53,987 bases of DNA from a virus (IMGVR_UViG_3300043661_000153:1-53987); one strand, 5' to 3'; shown: positions 1-8,345, counted from the stretch's first letter. A program made the numbers and translations. The notes: generated by a model from the sequence alone, not told the origin.

Positions 1-1071
1 TTAGGCGGGTGCTACGCGCTTTCCCGCTTTTTTGCCCATGCCCGGCAGTTTTTCGACGCGGTCCCATTCGTCGCGCGCGACCGCGTGAGCATAGCGGTTT
101 GCGCTGCGCTCGCTGCGCCAGTTGCCGGTTGCCACGAGGCCTTTCAAATCGGTGCCCGCCTGGCGCATCCACGTCGCCCAAGTGTGGCGCCAGATGTGGA
201 ACGTCACCCACTCCAATCGGTTCGGCGACTCGCGCCAGCCGATCGGGCGGCGCCGCGGGACGGGGAGACCCAAATAAATGAGCTTGGAGCGCGTTAATTG
301 GTGCGCGAGGTGTGCACCATAGGCCCAGCGAAACACGCGCCTACGGTCATGGCTGGCCAGCAGCGCGCCTAATCGTTCGCAGAGATCCTTGCGCAGCCGG
401 ACGTCCATGTGAGGCTGCCCTTTTTGCGGCCGCGCCCATGCTCTCCCTTCCTCGAGGCGGACATCCTCGCGCATGAGATTGAGCGCGGCGCCGATGCGCG
501 GGCCGGTGTAAAGTAGGAAGGCGAGCAGCGTGCCGAATTCGGGATCGAATGAATCCGCAGCTTCAATGATGCCGAACGCGTCGTCGGACGTGAGCCAGTC
601 CGACACTGTGCGGCCCTGCCATCCCTTCGGGCGCTTGACGATAAGCTTGCTTCCGGCGGTATGGATGATCGCTGAAACCGGCGTATAGACATACGCCGTC
701 TTGGTCATCGGCGTGGCGTTGGGGCAGATTGCCGCCGCTGCGGCATCGATCGAGGCTTGGTCGATATCGTCGATCGGCGTCTCGCCAAAATATTTAATCA
801 GCGGCGCGATGTAGCGGCGCGGCCGGCCGGATTCCATGTAGGCGACGGCGGCACTCAGGAACGTCGGTCGTTGCTCACGATCAATTCGGGCTTCTTTGGG
901 CGGGTGCTCTCCGAGCTCGATTGACCGCTCAAGGGCTTTGAGCCTGGCGCGAGCGACGGCACCCCGGTCAGTTCGGCAGCTCTCGTCCACTTTGACGCCG
1001 AGGTAGGTTCCCCGGATGTAGATGTTGCCCGCTTTGGTCTTTTTGCGGCCGTAGACGAGCTTGAGGGGCAT
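1..1071 (-). CDS. int: Tyrosine recombinase / phage integrase
   Basis: Motifs LYTGPR, FHIWRHTWATW (HxxR), GNW and RYAH catalytic Tyr; at the prophage edge. Confidence 0.95.
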   Translation of the reverse strand: MPLKLVYGRKKTKAGNIYIRGTYLGVKVDESCRTDRGAVARARLKALERSIELGEHPPKEARIDREQRPTFLSAAVAYMESGRPRRYIAPLIKYFGETPIDDIDQASIDAAAAAICPNATPMTKTAYVYTPVSAIIHTAGSKLIVKRPKGWQGRTVSDWLTSDDAFGIIEAADSFDPEFGTLLAFLLYTGPRIGAALNLMREDVRLEEGRAWARPQKGQPHMDVRLRKDLCERLGALLASHDRRRVFRWAYGAHLAHQLTRSKLIYLGLPVPRRRPIGWRESPNRLEWVTFHIWRHTWATWMRQAGTDLKGLVATGNWRSERSANRYAHAVARDEWDRVEKLPGMGKKAGKRVAPA

Positions 1072-1268
1072 GGCAACGCCTCGATTACGCGGTCCAGGTA
1101 GACAAGCTTGTCCCGGCCGGCGCGGCGGTACAAGGGGCGCCCGGCAGGATCCGTCTTGGTGCTGTGGAGGAATTCGACCAGCCAGCGGCGGCTTTTGCGC
1201 TTTGGCTTCGTCATGTCATTGAGCGAAGCGAGCGCCTGGTCGACGGAGATTGGTGCGCCGGCGATCAT
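855..1268 (-). CDS. Putative excisionase / DNA-binding protein overlapping the integrase 5' end
   Basis: Immediately upstream of int; ATGA-coupled to the previous gene; short basic wHTH-like N-terminus. Confidence 0.5.
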   Translation of the reverse strand: MIAGAPISVDQALASLNDMTKPKRKSRRWLVEFLHSTKTDPAGRPLYRRAGRDKLVYLDRVIEALPCPSSSSTAAKRPKRATSTSGEPTSASKWTRAAELTGVPSLAPGSKPLSGQSSSESTRPKKPELIVSNDRRS

Positions 1269-1675
1269 CGGTTCGCCAATTCCAATTCAACATCGGCGTG
1301 ACACGGCTCGTCAAGCCCGCAGAAGCAGGCGAGGTTTTTGCCGCGCAAAGGTGCCCAAAATTCCGCGCTACGCTGCTCGGCGATCTTCTTGAAAAATTCG
1401 ACAGCCTGCGCCTTCGTTTCGATCTTCGTAAATCGTGGGTCGCGCTGGCCGATCTCCGTAATTGCCTCACACCAAGCCATGGCGAATAGTCCACTTCGAC
1501 CGTTCGGATCGCCGATCATGAAATAGCCGCCAATGCGGAAAGGGTTGCTCCACTTGCCCGGCCGCGTGACGCTCACCGTGTTCGGCGGCATCTTCCATCC
1601 GCGCGTGCGCTTGCGCTGAATCCTCTTCGGCACCTCAGTGCCAATGTTGTTGTGGGATGGTTGGGGAGAAGGCAT
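1265..1675 (-). CDS. DUF4326-family phage protein
   Basis: PKRIQRKRTRGWKMP..VTRPGKWSNPF and LRGKNLACFC..PCHADV signature. Confidence 0.85.
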   Translation of the reverse strand: MPSPQPSHNNIGTEVPKRIQRKRTRGWKMPPNTVSVTRPGKWSNPFRIGGYFMIGDPNGRSGLFAMAWCEAITEIGQRDPRFTKIETKAQAVEFFKKIAEQRSAEFWAPLRGKNLACFCGLDEPCHADVELELANR

Positions 1676-1850
1676 CAGTTCGGCACCTTGACCAATTCGT
1701 GCAACGGACAGTCGGATGCAAAGCGAAGCTGTTCCGGCCACAAGGTCTGAGCGGGGCAGGTGCAACCAAGTTTTGTCGCCTTCTCGCTCGCGGGGAAGGG
1801 ATCAAATTCGCTCGCCTTCGTTCCAGTCGGAACGCGGCAGGTGAAAATCT

Positions 1851-2075
1851 TCATCCCTCAATCTCCACCTTCAACCCGACATCCTTAAGGCACGTCACCC
1901 GCCAGCTCTGTGCCGCGCTGGCCCAGTCGTCGCGCTCTTGCTGCGGCATGTCGGTGAAGAGCGGACGCATCAAGCCGTGTCTCCATCTGCGCAAGGCTTC
2001 GCCTAAGCGATCGTCGATGCTGCGCTGTTCGGGTCCGCCAATTGGCGGGGGCTGTTTTTGTTGGGGTGATGTCAC
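1851..2075 (-). CDS. Hypothetical phage protein
   Basis: Coupled ORF in the leftward operon. Confidence 0.6.
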   Translation of the reverse strand: MTSPQQKQPPPIGGPEQRSIDDRLGEALRRWRHGLMRPLFTDMPQQERDDWASAAQSWRVTCLKDVGLKVEIEG

Positions 2076-2323
2076 TTTCGGCTCTGGCCTTTGGCGGCTT
2101 GCAGCAATGCGCGTTGAGCTTGGATATAAGCAAGATTGCAGTGGCAGATGGCCATGAAAATTTCTTTGTTGATGGTTTGCTTCTGACGAAGACCGAGCTC
2201 GTGCATAGTCTCAGCGGGGACCATGACGCGCTCTCCCTGCCACATCACGAAGGGGATCCTGCCGGCATCCATCATTCGCTCGGCTTCGGCGAGCATGGCG
2301 ATCTCTTCGGGTGAGAATTTCAT
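2072..2323 (-). CDS. Hypothetical phage protein
   Basis: ATGA overlaps on both sides. Confidence 0.65.
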   Translation of the reverse strand: MKFSPEEIAMLAEAERMMDAGRIPFVMWQGERVMVPAETMHELGLRQKQTINKEIFMAICHCNLAYIQAQRALLQAAKGQSRK

Positions 2324-2793
2324 CGCGCTGGCCCTCGCATCTGCGCCGCATTCTCCCGCTCAGCCATGAAGTTAAACACCACGGCGCGCATCTTCGGGAT
2401 GTCTGGCGATACGGCGTACAGCGCCTGGCACAAAAGAAACGGATTGATGCCGAGATTATGAAAGAAGCTGAGCTCGCCGATCTTGTGGATTGAATCCGGA
2501 TCGTTCTGATGGTCAGCGCGGCAGACCGGGACGGTCCATCGGTCATCGGGCTTCGCGCTCATCCCGCCGCGCTTGTTGTGCAGCCCCGATGAAGAGCGGA
2601 CGTGCGCGGCTTCTCCGCAGGGATCAAGGCCGCAGTGGATGCAGGGACATTGACGGATGGCCTCAAGGTGCTTGGCTTCGGTGATCTGGCCGCGTTCGTT
2701 CGCGGGCTTCCTCTTCGCCAAAGGCTTCTTGAGCAGCGAGCCGATCGGCGCGCGCCGGGTGATGGTGCCGGGCATGGTGACTGGATCGGTCAT
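2320..2793 (-). CDS. DUF968-like Zn-binding HNH-related protein
   Basis: CPCIHCG..AAHVR..GMSAKPDDRWTVPVCRADH motif. Confidence 0.7.
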   Translation of the reverse strand: MTDPVTMPGTITRRAPIGSLLKKPLAKRKPANERGQITEAKHLEAIRQCPCIHCGLDPCGEAAHVRSSSGLHNKRGGMSAKPDDRWTVPVCRADHQNDPDSIHKIGELSFFHNLGINPFLLCQALYAVSPDIPKMRAVVFNFMAERENAAQMRGPAR

Positions 2794-2981
2794 GCCTGCG
2801 CCCGCTTGAGGTCGAGCATCGACCGCCCTGGCTTCGGGTCGCCGAGCAGCTCCATCGCGATCGTGAGCGGCTGGGCGTGGCAATGATCGCGCTCTGCGAG
2901 GCGTTCGGCGCATACGGGACCGCCGGCGCGGGACTCCACGTTGTTCCTCTGCGTCGGATAGGGCTTCCGTTCGTAGCTCAT
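2790..2981 (-). CDS. Hypothetical phage protein
   Basis: Coupled ORF; LLGDPKPGRSML motif. Confidence 0.6.
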   Translation of the reverse strand: MSYERKPYPTQRNNVESRAGGPVCAERLAERDHCHAQPLTIAMELLGDPKPGRSMLDLKRAQA

Positions 2982-3181
2982 GCGACCGTCTCTTTCCACC
3001 ACTCGCGATACCAATCGGGCGGCTTGATGCCGGCAGCGACCAGCTCGTCGTGACTCATCGGACGCGACGGCGGACGGTGACGTTCATCCTCGCGGGCGCC
3101 GGTGCCCAATGCGGCGGCGAAAAAGAAACCGACGATGCCGCCGCAGGACGCGCTGGCGAAGATGATTGCGGCCAGCGTCAT
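2978..3181 (-). CDS. Small membrane protein
   Basis: N-terminal hydrophobic helix; ATGA overlaps. Confidence 0.55.
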   Translation of the reverse strand: MTLAAIIFASASCGGIVGFFFAAALGTGAREDERHRPPSRPMSHDELVAAGIKPPDWYREWWKETVA

Positions 3182-3429
3182 GACGTCACCCGCAGTCGCG
3201 CACGTTCGCTGTCGACCTCCATCCAAACAACGCAGGTTGAGACGTTGGCCATCGCGACGATGAAGTCCGCCGTCTGCTCCGCAGCCGGATCGACATTGTC
3301 GAGCCGAAAGACCTCGTTGCCGTTCGCGTCGTCGACCGCCCAGATGGTCATCTCGCCGTCGCGAAAGCTCCATGCCGCGATGCGGTGCTTGTGCCAGGGC
3401 AGGGGATTGGTGGCAGACGGTTTCAGCAT
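3178..3429 (-). CDS. Hypothetical phage protein
   Basis: PLPW...ADFIVAMAN pattern typical of phage early genes. Confidence 0.55.
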   Translation of the reverse strand: MLKPSATNPLPWHKHRIAAWSFRDGEMTIWAVDDANGNEVFRLDNVDPAAEQTADFIVAMANVSTCVVWMEVDSERARLRVTS

Positions 3430-3483
3430 GACGCGCTCCGTGATTTGAAAAACCCGACAACGAAACACGCAACGCAACGCGAA

Positions 3484-3786
3484 CTAACGGGCATCAAGCG
3501 CGGCAAGCACCTGCCTGCCTCGATCAGTGATTTGCAGATGGACACACGTCCCTTTGCCGTGGCGGCCGTGGTGCGACTTGAAGGGGCTCGGCAACTGGAC
3601 CTGCGTTACAAAATTCTCGCGGGCTAACCGATTGGCAACGCCTGGATTGAGGGACTGCCGCGGGATTGGCTTCGAGGCGATGTCGCGAAGAACGCCGATC
3701 GCGTGCTGCGTCAGCGGGTGAGTTTTCTCGCCATTGAGCGGCTTAAGCTCATATCGCTCGCCTTCGAATTCCAGAACGGTTTTCAT
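3484..3786 (-). CDS. Hypothetical protein, possible winged helix
   Basis: C-terminal LQITDRGRQVL resembles a wHTH wing. Confidence 0.55.
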   Translation of the reverse strand: MKTVLEFEGERYELKPLNGEKTHPLTQHAIGVLRDIASKPIPRQSLNPGVANRLARENFVTQVQLPSPFKSHHGRHGKGTCVHLQITDRGRQVLAALDAR

Positions 3787-3793
3787 GACCGGA

Positions 3794-3991
3794 TCAGCTC
3801 CACGAAATCTTCCCGCAGTGAACGCACTTGGTCTCGCCGCAACTCGTCAACCACAAATGCCCACCATCATGAATGCAGTCATGCTCGCCCATGTCGTCGA
3901 ACTCGTTGCCGGAGAATTCCTGTTCGTCTTCGAGTTCTTCAATAACGGCACAATCTTCGAAGGCTAGGGTGAGGCAGGCGACGCGGGGCAT
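3794..3991 (-). CDS. Small acidic Cys/His-rich protein, copy 1
   Basis: Near-identical to 5172-5372; C..H..C..CxxC putative Zn site. Confidence 0.75.
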   Translation of the reverse strand: MPRVACLTLAFEDCAVIEELEDEQEFSGNEFDDMGEHDCIHDGGHLWLTSCGETKCVHCGKISWS

Positions 3992-4001
3992 CGGTTAGCT
4001 C

Positions 4002-4259
4002 CTAATCGATAAACATCCGAAGCGGGATCGCCTCGACAGTCGGGCGAGGGTCCTCCATACGTTTAAGGTCGCGCTCGAACTCGGCGGTCAGCGCGTCAAT
4101 GTTCGGATCGGTTTTAGGAATTTCCGGCGCGATCCGTGTGATGAAGCACTGCACAGGAATTCCGCCGTCCGTCTCGCCCTGCCAAACGCGCGCCGGCAAA
4201 TCCTTGCCGTCGACAACGAGCGTCACGATCTTGCTGGTGCTTTCAATTCTGATCTTCAT
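4002..4259 (-). CDS. Hypothetical phage protein
   Basis: GAGGG RBS, ATGA coupling. Confidence 0.7.
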   Translation of the reverse strand: MKIRIESTSKIVTLVVDGKDLPARVWQGETDGGIPVQCFITRIAPEIPKTDPNIDALTAEFERDLKRMEDPRPTVEAIPLRMFID

Positions 4260-4489
4260 GCCACGTCCCTCTTCGGCGCCGCGCCAGAAGCTTTCGCGAT
4301 GGCGTCGTTTATTGGCCCCACGACTGCCGCAGGGATGTCGCGCCTCAAATATTTGGTCGCAACCTGAAGCATCTTCAGCAAATCAGGCGCGGCGTGGAAA
4401 AGGCGGGCGTGCCGATCCGCATCCGGCGCCTCAATATTTATCTCGCCAAGGAGGATTTGAGGATTGTGGGCGTCAACGATCTCAATCAT
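4256..4489 (-). CDS. Hypothetical phage protein
   Basis: ARLFHAAPDLL..AIAKA motif common in phage early genes; ends PKRDVA. Confidence 0.6.
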   Translation of the reverse strand: MIEIVDAHNPQILLGEINIEAPDADRHARLFHAAPDLLKMLQVATKYLRRDIPAAVVGPINDAIAKASGAAPKRDVA

Positions 4490-4514
4490 GCTTATCCGGT
4501 TGTCACACACAGCC

Positions 4515-5039
4515 CTACATCTTGTGTTGTTGGTTGGCGCGCAATTCGGCGCGAATTTCCATCCACAGCTTGCCAAGCATGTTCTGGCCATCGCGGTTCG
4601 GCCCCCAGCCCCAAAAATCGTCGCGCCAGCTATCCTCGATCAGTTCGCGGTCGCCGGTTTCCAGCAGTTTCCGGCGCACGTATTCGTGCTGAGAAGCTTT
4701 GGTGCGAAGGATTGACCGCATGACATCGACCTTAACCGCGTCCCAATCAGGACGCTGGCTGGCCTTGTGGGCCTGCGCGATCCTGAATGCCTCATGGGCC
4801 GAAGGCGCAAATCGGATATAGTCGGCGATCACAGAGGCAATTGAGCCGAACGCCGGACTGCGATTGCCTTCCTGCCCGGTGGCAAACCGCTCCCAGTGAT
4901 AGGCCGCCTCAGAGGTATCAAAATCGCGCCCGCGCCATTGCAATCGAAAGGCCGAGAAGTTCGACAGGACATAAAATTCCTGTTCGTAGAAAAAGATCTC
5001 AGTCACGGTGTCGAGTTTGCGGTTTGCTTCGATCAACAT
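4515..5039 (-). CDS. NADAR (YbiA/DUF1768) family N-glycosidase / ADP-ribosylhydrolase
   Basis: LSNF..SEAAYH..RPDWDAVKVDVM..KASQH..LLETGDRELIEDSWRDDFWG..GQNMLGKLWMEIR. Confidence 0.93.
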   Translation of the reverse strand: MLIEANRKLDTVTEIFFYEQEFYVLSNFSAFRLQWRGRDFDTSEAAYHWERFATGQEGNRSPAFGSIASVIADYIRFAPSAHEAFRIAQAHKASQRPDWDAVKVDVMRSILRTKASQHEYVRRKLLETGDRELIEDSWRDDFWGWGPNRDGQNMLGKLWMEIRAELRANQQHKM

Positions 5040-5171
5040 CTAGTAGGCCTCAGCGTTTGTGTGTCTTAACCGGATAAGCATGATAGATGGCGTCGGCGAT
5101 CGCTTCGGCATTTTCGCGCGTGATCGGCATAATTATTCTCCTACAGAGTGAGGGCGCCACAAGGTAGCTCA

Positions 5172-5372
5172 CTAGCTCCAAGAAATCTTTCCGCAGTGAA
5201 CGCACTTGGTCTCGCCGCAACTCGTCAACCACAAGTGCCCACCATCATGGATGCAGTCATGCTCGCCCATGTCGTCGAACTCGTTGCCGGCGAACTCCTG
5301 CGGATCGTCTTCGTACTCTTCGACGACGGAGCAATCATCGAAGGCTAGGGTGAGGCAGGCGACGCGGGGCAT
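5172..5372 (-). CDS. Small acidic Cys/His-rich protein, copy 2
   Basis: Paralog of 3794-3991. Confidence 0.75.
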   Translation of the reverse strand: MPRVACLTLAFDDCSVVEEYEDDPQEFAGNEFDDMGEHDCIHDGGHLWLTSCGETKCVHCGKISWS

Positions 5373-5659
5373 CAGATTTTTTCCTTGAGCGCGAGTTTTT
5401 CGCGAGCAACTGCCGCCTGATCCTCGGCCACGATCCGCGCGTAGTTTGCGGTCCTGGCTTCATCGTCTGCCTTGCGCTGGGCAGCGAATCCATCAAGAGC
5501 GCGCTGCCACGCCTCTCGCGGCGTCAGCCCTTCCTTGAACAGCGGGTACCAGTGCGATGTGTAGATAGTGAACTCACCGCGTTCGTAGCCAAATTCGCCT
5601 TGGATTACGTCCTCATCGAGAGCCTGAATCCATTCTCTAAATTGTCTGCTCTGGATCAC
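5372..5659 (-). CDS. Hypothetical phage protein
   Basis: GTGA coupling with GAGGG RBS. Confidence 0.7.
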   Translation of the reverse strand: MIQSRQFREWIQALDEDVIQGEFGYERGEFTIYTSHWYPLFKEGLTPREAWQRALDGFAAQRKADDEARTANYARIVAEDQAAVAREKLALKEKI

Positions 5660-6192
5660 GCCACGTCCCTCTTCGGCAACGCGCCAACATGCTCAAGATG
5701 AAGCCGGCCACCTTTGACCAAGAGCCCCATGTAGTTGCCGACATGGCGGGTCCGATAAGCGGATTCCCCGCACGTGCAGCGCCAGAATGCCGCGCGATCA
5801 AAACCGCCGCGGTCGTAGCTGATGACGTGCATCCCGATCTCGCGGGCAAAGGCTTCCGCAACCCGATCCGCGCGCCAGCGGCCGTGTTCGGAGAGGACGT
5901 GAAAGCTACCCTTGCAGACGGCGAGGTGAAGCGGAACGAGGGATCTGAAATCCGCTCCCGCGACATCGGTGTTGCCGAGCTCGGCAAGCTTTGCCAGGAC
6001 CGCCTTCGACCAATCGGACCGGCGCATCTTGAGCAGCGCGATCTTCTGGCCGTGCGTCAGATTAAACTCGCTCGCTCCGGGGGCTGGCACATGGGCGGAA
6101 GTAGGAGCGAGCGAGCGGTCCGCCAAATGTTCTCCTAGCGGACTGTCGAACCGAATGCGTTTGGGGCGTCGGGTGAAGCCGAAGGCGGACAT
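5656..6192 (-). CDS. Hypothetical phage protein
   Basis: Operon ORF with WRCTCGE motif; ends PKRDVA. Confidence 0.65.
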   Translation of the reverse strand: MSAFGFTRRPKRIRFDSPLGEHLADRSLAPTSAHVPAPGASEFNLTHGQKIALLKMRRSDWSKAVLAKLAELGNTDVAGADFRSLVPLHLAVCKGSFHVLSEHGRWRADRVAEAFAREIGMHVISYDRGGFDRAAFWRCTCGESAYRTRHVGNYMGLLVKGGRLHLEHVGALPKRDVA

Positions 6193-6195
6193 GGC

Positions 6196-6363
6196 TCAAG
6201 CCCTCGCGGAGCGAAGCAGCGCAGCATTGGCGCGGTGGATCGCAAGAGCATGCTCTGCGGCAGCGGCAATCTCAGCGCGGTACTGAGCGAGCGTGACCTC
6301 GCGCTCCGGTCCCCATGAGCCGTCGGGTTGTCCGTCGCGGATTTTCCAGGTGCGTTCGGCCAT
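6196..6363 (-). CDS. 55-aa hypothetical protein (not in ORF track)
   Basis: AAGGGGAG RBS, MAERTWKIRDGQPDGSWGPEREVTLAQYRAEI...; fits the operon. Confidence 0.6.
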   Translation of the reverse strand: MAERTWKIRDGQPDGSWGPEREVTLAQYRAEIAAAAEHALAIHRANAALLRSARA

Positions 6364-6440
6364 GACATGCTCCCCTTGTCTGTGGTTGTTCAGCTAACAG
6401 TTGAGTGATAAGGTTGGTCGGGTTGAGTTGTGGGGGATTT

Positions 6441-7094
6441 ATGATCCGGAAAGCCTTGCAGGCTGCGGCTTTCGCCGCGTGCGTCAGCGGCTGCGCGGCC
6501 GCGCCGCAGATCACGGGTCGGGACGATTTCCTTAAAGAGGCGACGCGCACCTATCAGGGCGAGACGACGGAGCGCGTGATCCTGGCCGCGCAGCGCGTCT
6601 TGGACCAATCCGACCCGAAATATTTTGAGTTCCGCAACACGCTCAACGGCTTTTCCGGGCTGCGGCACTATCAGGTCTATGCCGTCGTGGCGTCGGCTAC
6701 CGGAAGCGATCGTTGGGATTTCACAGCCGAGCGCGAACCGGCCGGCATCAAGGCGGCCGTCACCATTACCGACGTTGGCGCCGCGCAGAACGGCTACACG
6801 CGGACGTCCTACGACGCGGCCATGACCAGCATTCCGCTGTTCCGACTGTTCTGGTCCCGCGTCGAGTACGTGCTGGGCCGCAGCGACAACTGGCAAACCT
6901 GCGACGATGCTGTGGTTCAGTTCTACGATACCAAGATCAGCGCGGACATCGCGCTCGGTGGCCTTTGCGGTCCGACAAGCCACGGCAGGGACAATGAGCC
7001 GCCGGAACGATTGCCGTCGCTGCTCAAGCAGCCTAGCGCTGGCGCGCCGGCTCCAAAGGCCGCAAGGGCCAAGGCGCAAACGAGCTCTAATTGA
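6441..7094 (+). CDS. Lipoprotein moron (possible superinfection exclusion)
   Basis: MIRKALQAAAFAACVSGC lipobox signal; oriented against the leftward operon. Confidence 0.75.
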   Translation: MIRKALQAAAFAACVSGCAAAPQITGRDDFLKEATRTYQGETTERVILAAQRVLDQSDPKYFEFRNTLNGFSGLRHYQVYAVVASATGSDRWDFTAEREPAGIKAAVTITDVGAAQNGYTRTSYDAAMTSIPLFRLFWSRVEYVLGRSDNWQTCDDAVVQFYDTKISADIALGGLCGPTSHGRDNEPPERLPSLLKQPSAGAPAPKAARAKAQTSSN

Positions 7095-7133
7095 GGACTT
7101 TGAAAGCATGGGGCACCGATTAGGTTCCCCAGT

Positions 7134-7177
7134 TATCTAGGACAGTATGTCCTAACAGTCAAGGACTATTTGTCCTA
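7134..7177 (-). promoter_or_regulatory. PL promoter with two repressor operators (OL)
   Basis: Minus strand TTGACT-N17-TAGATA; palindromes TAGGACAGTATGTCCTA (7138-7154) and AGGACTATTTGTCCT (7162-7176). Confidence 0.8.
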
Positions 7178-7465
7178 TTCGCCCCAGCCTGGCTGCACAC
7201 GCGTCCGCTGGGTCTGAGGATTGACCCAAAGCCGGAACTGAGTGCCGTAAGGGAGCGGCCCGGGGCATGAAACCCGGTATTGGATGCCGTATTCATCAGT
7301 TTTGAAGGCGGCTACGAAGAGGGTGTGATCACAGTAGAAGCCGGCGCGGGTGATCGCGTCGACCACCTCCCGCAGCGCGGCTGGGTCCTTGATCTCGATA
7401 ATGTCGGCAGAAGCGGTGGCTACCGGAAGGCCTGCCAGCATTAAGGCGACGACCGTGCGGACCAT
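7175..7465 (-). CDS. Small secreted protein downstream of the repressor
   Basis: MVRTVVALMLAGLPVATASA signal peptide, two Cys; probably co-transcribed with cI. Confidence 0.7.
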   Translation of the reverse strand: MVRTVVALMLAGLPVATASADIIEIKDPAALREVVDAITRAGFYCDHTLFVAAFKTDEYGIQYRVSCPGPLPYGTQFRLWVNPQTQRTRVQPGWGE

Positions 7466-7470
7466 GGCTA

Positions 7471-7770
7471 TTATGCCGCCTTTCGTGGCCTTTTCGGCGG
7501 CTCTGGTGGCCGAGACGGCCCCGGCAGGTCCGCCATCATCTTGCCGACGCCAGTGCACAGCCATTCGAGGCGAACGCCAGTGATCCGGCAAAAATCAAGG
7601 TAGAATCGCGGCGGCAGATAGCTGCGCGTTTCGTATTGCTTGTAGGTTCCCTGATCCAATTCGAGCAGCTCATACATCGGCCGTTGAGTGGAAAAGCGGC
7701 CCTCGCGGGCTTTTTTTACCCGCGCGATAAAGCGCTGTTTTTCCTCAGTTTCTGAAAGCTTTTCGGCCAT
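7471..7770 (-). CDS. cI: XRE-family HTH phage repressor (CI-like, no S24 domain)
   Basis: RVKKAR..STQRPMYELLELDQGTYKQYE..GVRLEWLCTGVG; divergent from cro. Confidence 0.8.
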   Translation of the reverse strand: MAEKLSETEEKQRFIARVKKAREGRFSTQRPMYELLELDQGTYKQYETRSYLPPRFYLDFCRITGVRLEWLCTGVGKMMADLPGPSRPPEPPKRPRKAA

Positions 7771-7805
7771 AGGGGCATTTTCGCCCACGAATGTTCCACA
7801 GTCAC

Positions 7806-7848
7806 AGGACAAGTTGTACTTGCCACTAAGGACGATTTGTCCTAAGGA
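7806..7848 (+). promoter_or_regulatory. OR operators / PR
   Basis: AGGACAAGTTGTACT (7806-7820) and AGGACGATTTGTCCT (7829-7843); TTGCCA -35 at 7820. Confidence 0.75.
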
Positions 7849-7855
7849 TGATTCC

Positions 7856-8089
7856 ATGCCTAAGGTTGTCTCGTTTCGCTCCATCATCTCACTTTGGCCC
7901 TCGCAAGAGGCCATGGCCGCCGACGTGGGTGCCGGGGTTGCGGCCGTTCGGAAATGGTGGCAGCGGGATCGAATACCCGACGAATGGTGGTCTTCGGTCC
8001 TTGGAACCATGACCGCCAAGCTCGCCGGCCTCACGGCTGAAAAGCTGGTGGCCTTGGCCGCGCGCGACCAAGTAACGGCCCGCGCATGA
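7856..8089 (+). CDS. cro: Cro-like HTH regulator
   Basis: IISLWPSQEAMAADVGAGVAAVRKWWQRDRIP..WW; divergent from cI. Confidence 0.8.
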   Translation: MPKVVSFRSIISLWPSQEAMAADVGAGVAAVRKWWQRDRIPDEWWSSVLGTMTAKLAGLTAEKLVALAARDQVTARA

Positions 8090-8345
8090 AAGTACGTAGC
8101 AAAATCAATGATTTCTCCCTTGGGCACCTTGCGCTCTCTTATGTTGCCGCCCCGATGGAACTCTACCATGTCGGGCAACATAGGTGCCATGCGGAAAATT
8201 CATTGCCTTTCCAAAGGGTTAGCGAAGGTTTTCAGGGAATAAACAGCGGTTCCCAAGCTGGTTGTACGGAACCGAACAATACTCGCGGGCCGGCCAGGCA
8301 CTCACAGCTTGAGGTCCGGTCATGAACGGCATGGCGCTGTCCATC

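Larger units (their letters stand above)
3794..5373. repeat. ~200 bp direct repeat pair (3794-3992 and 5172-5373)
   Basis: Long identical stretches such as ccgcagtgaacgcacttggtctcgccgcaactcgtcaaccacaa and tcgaaggctagggtgaggcaggcgacgcggggcatc. Confidence 0.95.

Noticed and set aside
5050-5130. 26-aa ORF with a strong AGGAGA RBS upstream of NADAR
   Set aside because: Too short to distinguish a real peptide from a truncated remnant; not listed as a feature.
3794-5373. Repeat pair as a DGR template/variable repeat
   Set aside because: Mismatches are not adenine-specific, include a 3-bp indel, both copies are intact genes, and no reverse transcriptase is present in the window.
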